From the IMG/VR virus record IMGVR_UViG_3300011113_000204, positions 1-37,944 of that record: a stretch of 37,944 bases of DNA, one strand, 5' to 3'. The translations under genes were made by a program, and so were the position numbers. The DNA is from a virus (Duplodnaviria > Caudoviricetes). Positions 32,677-37,944 of this stretch are shown here, piece by piece. A model generated the notes under the pieces. It searched no databases. It saw nothing but the letters and a program-made list of their open reading frames with translations, and was not told the DNA's origin. Every line of letters begins with the position of its first letter. Positions within the stretch are counted from its first letter, which is position 1.

Positions 32677-33969
32677 TCAGGCGAGGTTCATCGGGGCGAC
32701 GATGCCCTGACGCTGACGGCTGTTGCAGAACAGGTTCCACCAGCAGTCCACCACCTGAACGTAGGTGAAGGGCTGGTTGGGGTGACGCAGGACTTCATGC
32801 TTCTCGAAGTACCGGCGGCTGTGGAAGATGGGGGTCAGGTAGTTGCCGTTCACCCACCAGTACCGGGCGCCGCTGTCGATCACGCTGGCACCGGTTTCGG
32901 TTGCGCCGGTGGTCGTGCTGGCAGCAGCAATGTCGGTGTTGTGAGCGGTACGGGCCGTGGCACCCGACGGGTAGATCGCAGCCGTGTCGAGGTTCGAGCA
33001 GTACATCAGTTCGATCCCGCTGTATGTCGGAGCGTTGTACGCCGGGTCCTGATAGGACACGAGCGTGTCGTTCGACGCACGGAGGGCCTGCTTGTAGTTG
33101 TTGATGCCAAGACGCGAGCAGAGGATCATCTGCCGGTTCATGCTGGGCTTCTCGAAGTACTCAGCCCGGGTGGACGGAGTGCGGAAGTCCAACTTGAGGA
33201 ACATCTCGTCGAACGCCGTCAGGAGACCACCGACAGTCGCGCTGTAGGTGCTAGTGCCGTTGCGGACGTTCTCGATGCCAGTCTTGGTCGAGAGTTGCAG
33301 GTTGGGATCCGTAGCGCCGGGGTCGTAGTACGAAATCTGGTTCGACCAGCGGTTTTCCGCCGTCGGGTCCAGATTCATCACGTTGGTCCAGCCAAGCGGA
33401 GCGCCGCCACGGGGGTCAGAGAACGCGCTGCTGAGAAGCGGAACTTCGGAGATGAACGAGGGGAGGCCGTACGGCAACTTGCCGGCGTTGCCTTCCATCT
33501 CGCTGTAGTTGCCGAAGGGGGTCGCCCAGAGGTCGTTCTCGAAGCCGTTGGTCAGCGACGTCCACATGCGCTGTTCCTTGATCCGCTTCAGACGCTTGTA
33601 CTGCGCCTTGACGTAATCACGGGTCGAGCCGTTGCCGCTGTTGAGTTCAACTTCGTGATCGGTCCACGCCATGTGGTCGATCGAGAAGCGCCACGGCGCA
33701 CGGACGGTGTCCGTGACGTTGGCGTTGCGCCACGAGAAGGTGTCATTGGGGAGGTAGTGGTCGTAGGTCGAGGCGTCATCGAACATGATGACGTCGCGAA
33801 TCTCGTTGCCACCCTGCACCGTGGCCTCGCTGGTCTTCTCCTTGAGAAGGCGGCTGAAGGCGTAGGTGTTCTTGACGGCCTCGTTGATGACTTGATCGGC
33901 GCTGGTCAGGTAGGTGGGACCAGTCGCATTCATGAAGTCGTTGAAGGTCTGAATCGGGGTACCGGGCAT
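32677..33969 (-). CDS. Major capsid protein
   Basis: 430 aa after the scaffold; strong codon bias; VQGGNEI..., C-terminal WNLFCNSRQRQGIV; GAGG RBS. Confidence 0.85.
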   Translation of the reverse strand: MPGTPIQTFNDFMNATGPTYLTSADQVINEAVKNTYAFSRLLKEKTSEATVQGGNEIRDVIMFDDASTYDHYLPNDTFSWRNANVTDTVRAPWRFSIDHMAWTDHEVELNSGNGSTRDYVKAQYKRLKRIKEQRMWTSLTNGFENDLWATPFGNYSEMEGNAGKLPYGLPSFISEVPLLSSAFSDPRGGAPLGWTNVMNLDPTAENRWSNQISYYDPGATDPNLQLSTKTGIENVRNGTSTYSATVGGLLTAFDEMFLKLDFRTPSTRAEYFEKPSMNRQMILCSRLGINNYKQALRASNDTLVSYQDPAYNAPTYSGIELMYCSNLDTAAIYPSGATARTAHNTDIAAASTTTGATETGASVIDSGARYWWVNGNYLTPIFHSRRYFEKHEVLRHPNQPFTYVQVVDCWWNLFCNSRQRQGIVAPMNLA

Positions 33970-33976
33970 GGTTGCC

Positions 33977-34879
33977 TCACTTTCGTGTCAGTCGTCGGGC
34001 TTCAGTCACGTCGCGTCCATCCAGCAGTGCCTCAAGCACGGCGTCCTCGGCGTCGGAGGGAGTCGTCGGACGCTCGCTCCTGCCTACGGTCGGTCGTGCC
34101 GTCGGCTGGCCGACACGGCGGGGATCCGCCAAGGGGCCTGCCACGTTCGCGAACGCTTCCTGCGCCAGATGAATCATGGTTGGGAAGGTTCCGGGTTTGG
34201 CTCGACCCAGCCGGTCCATCTCGTTCAGCACAGCCTGCGCGTCAACACTCTTGTTGCCGTACTGGCCCTGCACGAACGTGATGGCTTGCTCGACTTGGGT
34301 CTGAAGCACGCGCATCTGCTGCTCCTGCTGTTGCAGTCGCAACTTGGACACCTCGTCCGACAGCGCCTTCAGGCGCGGCTCGTCCTCGGCTCCATCCGCA
34401 TCAACCTCGTCTCGGTCGTTCGCTTCTGCTGCGGCCTCGGGTTCCGATTCCTCGTCGAAGGTCTCGTCCTCGGCCTGCTGCTGGCGCCCTGACTTCAACT
34501 GGGCGTTCTCGGATTCAAGCGCCTTCATCCTCTTGCCGTATCCATCGACGTCTGCCTGACGCTTGCCGGCCTTGGCCGACCACGCAAGCAGCATGTCCTT
34601 GGATGCGGACTTCAGGATGTCTTCAGGCACACCATCGCGCTTGAGGATCTGGTATGCCCGATCGAGGTCAGCATCTGGGACTACAGGAGCGGGTTCCTCC
34701 TTCCGCTCCTCTGCACCCAGCAGTCGATCCAAGACATCGTCGTCGGGGTCCCGTGAGGGGGTTTCTTCCGACACGCTGTCAGCAACAGCATCTTCTGCCG
34801 CTGCCTCGACTGGCGTTTCACTCGATTGTACCGGCTCATCCGGCGTCAGTTCAACTTCCGTGTCATTGGGTTCAGCCAC
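33977..34879 (-). CDS. Capsid scaffolding protein
   Basis: Highly acidic, with coiled coils; lies between portal and MCP; GTG start with GGAGTAGGA RBS. Confidence 0.78.
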   Translation of the reverse strand: MAEPNDTEVELTPDEPVQSSETPVEAAAEDAVADSVSEETPSRDPDDDVLDRLLGAEERKEEPAPVVPDADLDRAYQILKRDGVPEDILKSASKDMLLAWSAKAGKRQADVDGYGKRMKALESENAQLKSGRQQQAEDETFDEESEPEAAAEANDRDEVDADGAEDEPRLKALSDEVSKLRLQQQEQQMRVLQTQVEQAITFVQGQYGNKSVDAQAVLNEMDRLGRAKPGTFPTMIHLAQEAFANVAGPLADPRRVGQPTARPTVGRSERPTTPSDAEDAVLEALLDGRDVTEARRLTRK

Positions 34880-34885
34880 GCCGTC

Positions 34886-35182
34886 CTACTCCTTCACATA
34901 CCCGTGTCTCGCCATGACTTCCTTCTCATGCCTACGGGACATGATCACCGGCTTGCCTTGGCTATTCGTCGAGCATCCTTCGAGGTTACGAGGCAGGCTC
35001 GACGAGACATACGGGTACTGGGAGCGGTTGCGACCGTCGTCCACCTGATAGTCAGAGACCACCCGGGTCAGCGTTCGCCCATCGACTTCGACGGTTGATC
35101 CAATGCTCGGCGCGTCACGCATCGAGTACTGCAACTCGATGGTCTCGCCGGTGGACTCGTCAATAAAAGAATACAGCGGCAT
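34886..35182 (-). CDS. FmdB-like zinc-ribbon-type protein lacking the zinc-ribbon cysteines
   Basis: MPLYSFIDESTGETIEL..SM matches the MPxYxY.C..CG..FE pattern; typical position after the portal gene. Confidence 0.6.
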   Translation of the reverse strand: MPLYSFIDESTGETIELQYSMRDAPSIGSTVEVDGRTLTRVVSDYQVDDGRNRSQYPYVSSSLPRNLEGCSTNSQGKPVIMSRRHEKEVMARHGYVKE

Positions 35183-36921
35183 CAGCGACGGGCCTCAACC
35201 TCGTCCAAAATCTGTGACCGGTTCAGGCCCTGAGCCTGCGGGGCCGCGCCGGCCTGCGCCTGCTGGACCTGCTGGCGCATCTGGTTGACTGCCCTCATGT
35301 CGATCATGTCGCCCAGATTGGGCATGTTCATGGCGTTCCCGACGACCTGAAGCACCTGCTTCCAGTCCACATGGGGAGCCTGAACGACCGCCTGCGACAC
35401 GTTGCCGATGACCTGAAGCAACTCGATCGACCGGCGCTGGAGCAGGGCCTCGCTGACCCGCTCCATGCTGTACGCCTCGATGTCAATGTCCAGATCGTCG
35501 AACACGCCGACCATTGACGACGCGCTGAAGATCGGCTCTGGCTCGCCCATGATGGTGATTCCATCCTCACCGACCGGGAAGACGACCTTCTCGTCGTGGA
35601 ACATGAACCACGCAGCCGAACGCATGATCTTGTTCACCGACTCCTGAAACTGGCGCTTCAGGTGGCTGATACGCAGGCCGCTGCTGCTCTCGGCAACGCT
35701 GACCTCGGTCGCAGTCGCCGTGCCGCTGATGTTGCCGCGCATGGCGTCGTGGATCCCAGACACCCGGTCCAGACGGTTCTGGGCCATCGCCGCGTACTGG
35801 ACCTGCTGCTGGGTGATCCCGCCGACCTCGATGGTCCGCAGGTTGTCCGGGTCCATGTTGTCGGCCAGCACGACATACAGGTCCTCACGGTCACGGATGT
35901 CCTGCGCCATCTTGGCGTTTCGAGCATCGACAGCGAGGATGCGCTTGTAGGCCGACGCGCTGTATCGCATCGACCGCAGGTGCATGTTCACGTCGTCGAT
36001 CTGCGGCATCAGCGCCATGATGGGCGACAGCGGGTACGGGTCGTCCGGCACCGTGTAGCCGCCGAACAGGCTGTAGGGGCCGCTGCGGGGTCCGTAATAC
36101 GGACGGGGCGCACGGGCCATGCCCATGTTCGCCTTCTTGCCGCTCTGCGACTGGCCCTTCACGACCGTATAGATCGTGCCGTTGAACATCGCATGGTCGG
36201 TCATGGCGTCGATCAACTGCGCCGCCTCATCATGCAGTTCAGGCACCCAGACCTCGTACACCACCAGTTCCTTGCGGTCTGGGATGTTGCGGTCGATCTC
36301 GATGTCGGAACGGACATCGGACACGCCGCTGTTCGCGGCCACCTGCTCGATCACATCCTTGTCCCATGTCTTGTCGCTCTCGGCCTGCGCCAAGAGATCG
36401 TCACGGTCGGTGATCCAGCAGTGGCCCATGTACCGGGCCTCGTCAAGGTGTGTCGCAGCCGGGTCGATGAAGAACCGATCCGGCGAAATGCGGTAGACCC
36501 GGGGAAGGTACGGGTCTTCCTGCGTTGACGGCACATATCCCTTGCGAGGCTCGTTGACGGTCAGGGCCACGCCGTACGCAAGCAGCATGTCCGTCGCGAT
36601 GCGCTCAAGCACATTGCGGATCCCGACCATCTTGCCCCAACGATTGAGGCCCACCTGCAAGACACCCGCAGCCATCGACTGGCTGACCGGACGCGCACTC
36701 TTCACGCGCACCGTCGGGTTGTCATGCACGATGCGTGGCAGCAACAGCGCCACATACTCCAGAATGAAGTTCTCCGGATCGTCCAACTGCTCGCGAGACT
36801 CGCGATAGGACGGCCCGTGGAACCGTTCGATCAGGTTCCGCCACTCCACGAGGTGACCGTCGCGGAACGATTCCGCGCTGTCGATCTCGCGCACCAGCGA
36901 ATCCAGATCGAACTTCATCAT
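35182..36921 (-). CDS. Portal protein
   Basis: 579 aa; RISPDRFFIDPAA, VYEVW, SGIHDAMRG...TATATEV and a Q-rich tail are typical of P22-like portals. Confidence 0.88.
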   Translation of the reverse strand: MMKFDLDSLVREIDSAESFRDGHLVEWRNLIERFHGPSYRESREQLDDPENFILEYVALLLPRIVHDNPTVRVKSARPVSQSMAAGVLQVGLNRWGKMVGIRNVLERIATDMLLAYGVALTVNEPRKGYVPSTQEDPYLPRVYRISPDRFFIDPAATHLDEARYMGHCWITDRDDLLAQAESDKTWDKDVIEQVAANSGVSDVRSDIEIDRNIPDRKELVVYEVWVPELHDEAAQLIDAMTDHAMFNGTIYTVVKGQSQSGKKANMGMARAPRPYYGPRSGPYSLFGGYTVPDDPYPLSPIMALMPQIDDVNMHLRSMRYSASAYKRILAVDARNAKMAQDIRDREDLYVVLADNMDPDNLRTIEVGGITQQQVQYAAMAQNRLDRVSGIHDAMRGNISGTATATEVSVAESSSGLRISHLKRQFQESVNKIMRSAAWFMFHDEKVVFPVGEDGITIMGEPEPIFSASSMVGVFDDLDIDIEAYSMERVSEALLQRRSIELLQVIGNVSQAVVQAPHVDWKQVLQVVGNAMNMPNLGDMIDMRAVNQMRQQVQQAQAGAAPQAQGLNRSQILDEVEARR

Positions 36922-37049
36922 CGCTTGGCGCCGCCCTTCTTGCCGCCACCCTTGCCACCGCCGTAGCCGCCACCCTTGGCTCCGCCCTTGCCGCCGCCAT
37001 TGCCCTTACGGGTGTGCGAGCATCCGCCAGACTTCTTGCCGTACATCAT
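36918..37049 (-). CDS. Gly/Lys-rich peptide (43 aa, MMYGKKSGGCSHTRKGNGGGKGGAKGGGYGGGKGGGKKGGAKR)
   Basis: Manual translation; ATGA overlaps at both ends. Confidence 0.65.
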   Translation of the reverse strand: MMYGKKSGGCSHTRKGNGGGKGGAKGGGYGGGKGGGKKGGAKR

Positions 37050-37276
37050 GCCTTCTTTCTGCCCTTGACTTGGGCAAACTCGTTGACCGACTCTGACTTG
37101 GCCGGGTTCTGGATCCGGGGGATCAGCAACTCGACCTGACTCAAGACTTCAAGACGACCGTCACCGATCACCTCGTACGAGCGACCGGCGCTCCACACCG
37201 ACACCTTCGTGCCGTTGTCATCGATGCGGTCGATCGCATCGACTGGGAGGTAAGTGCCGCCCACACGGATGATCAC
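37046..37276 (-). CDS. Hypothetical protein (76 aa)
   Basis: GTGA overlap; small beta domain MIIRVGGTYLPVDAIDRI. Confidence 0.7.
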   Translation of the reverse strand: MIIRVGGTYLPVDAIDRIDDNGTKVSVWSAGRSYEVIGDGRLEVLSQVELLIPRIQNPAKSESVNEFAQVKGRKKA

Positions 37277-37470
37277 TTCTTCCCGCCTCCGCCACCGCCC
37301 AACTGACCGCCACCGCCAAGTTCACCGCCGCCGTTGAGGGCAGCATTGGCGCGGATCTGCTTCATCACCTTGCTGCTGCCGGAACGCTTGGCCGTCGCCA
37401 CGACGCCCTTCTTTCCGGCCATCTTCTTCGTCATCGGGCTACGAGCGCCCACCTTCTTCTTCGTTGCCAT
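37273..37470 (-). CDS. Small basic Lys/Gly-rich protein (65 aa, MATKKKVGARSP...GGGGGGKK)
   Basis: AAGGA RBS before ATG 37470. Confidence 0.68.
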   Translation of the reverse strand: MATKKKVGARSPMTKKMAGKKGVVATAKRSGSSKVMKQIRANAALNGGGELGGGGQLGGGGGGKK

Positions 37471-37582
37471 TGTCAATCCTTGATCTGGGGCGCGGATCCC
37501 CGTGTTGAGTTCGCATGCCATCCGCGTTGGCAGACACATCTAACCAGACGACGCCGCAATTCAAGCGACACCGCCGGAAGAA

Positions 37583-37944
37583 TCACGACGCCTCCACGAA
37601 AGTCGCGACGAGTCGGTACCCGTCCACGCCACCCTTCTGGATCTGCAACCGCATCCACATCGCACCCTGCGGCTTCGGCGGCTTGCCAGTCTCGACATGC
37701 CACCCACCAGCAGGGTCCCACTCCTGCTTGTAGGTCGGCGTCCGCACATGGTGCTGCTCCGCCAGCCGGATGTCGTACTTGCCCTTGAACTTGACCAGAC
37801 GCTCCTGCATCAACTTCACATGCCAGTGGTCATGGGTGTGGCCGCACATCACCACATCAGCATCCGGCAACCACGACGCCATGCGTCTGGTCGCCAACAC
37901 CCCGTGGGTCATCGGGCCACCACCGCCGCTGCCGTGGAAGTAGC
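37583..37944 (-). CDS. Metallophosphoesterase, 3' part (joins 1..659 through the circular overlap)
   Basis: Contains DVVMCGHTH and GWHVETGKPPKPQGAMW; in frame with 659->1. Confidence 0.85.
   Translation of the reverse strand, partial: YFHGSGGGGPMTHGVLATRRMASWLPDADVVMCGHTHDHWHVKLMQERLVKFKGKYDIRLAEQHHVRTPTYKQEWDPAGGWHVETGKPPKPQGAMWMRLQIQKGGVDGYRLVATFVEAS
37818..37944. repeat. 127-bp terminal direct repeat (copy of 1-127)
   Basis: Exact match to bases 1-127. Confidence 0.95.

Noticed and set aside
37473-37582. Possible late promoter (TTGAAT-N16-TAGATG on the - strand) in the intergenic gap
   Set aside because: The match is weak and has no supporting second copy.
37818-37944. 127-bp terminal repeat as a biological direct terminal repeat
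   Set aside because: Its length equals a standard assembly k-mer and it falls in the middle of a gene, so it is a circularisation overlap.

Overview
The window is a complete, circularly assembled genome of a high-GC tailed dsDNA phage with podovirus-like organisation. Bases 1-127 are identical to 37818-37944, so the unique length is about 37.8 kb, and one gene spans the junction. Nearly all genes are on the - strand, in two blocks. The packaging and structural block runs terS, terL, a cluster of tiny basic proteins and a metallophosphoesterase, portal, scaffold, major capsid, cement, adaptor, two paralogous virion proteins, a membrane/spanin cassette, an Mtd-N-type tail fibre, a nozzle, three ejection proteins and a 3095-aa polyvalent protein. 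The replication/recombination block runs RHH regulator, exonuclease VIII-like, ERF, DUF1376, small ERDEARR paralogues, RusA and a PD-(D/E)xK nuclease. A short + strand early operon (about 3436-6359) has a sigma70 promoter, a boxA-like leader and small unknown ORFs. Several of these ORFs are preceded by a repeated two-hairpin plus RBS element whose stems show compensatory base changes. I saw no integrase, DNA polymerase, reverse transcriptase, endolysin, tRNA or CRISPR array. The most notable items are the covarying structured leader repeat in the early cassette array, the modular polyvalent protein with repeated junction motifs and a low-GC ADP-ribosyltransferase-like module, TGCAGT boxes shared by both main promoters, and a probable iteron origin detached from its initiator gene. 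All family assignments come from motif recognition by eye, not from database searches.
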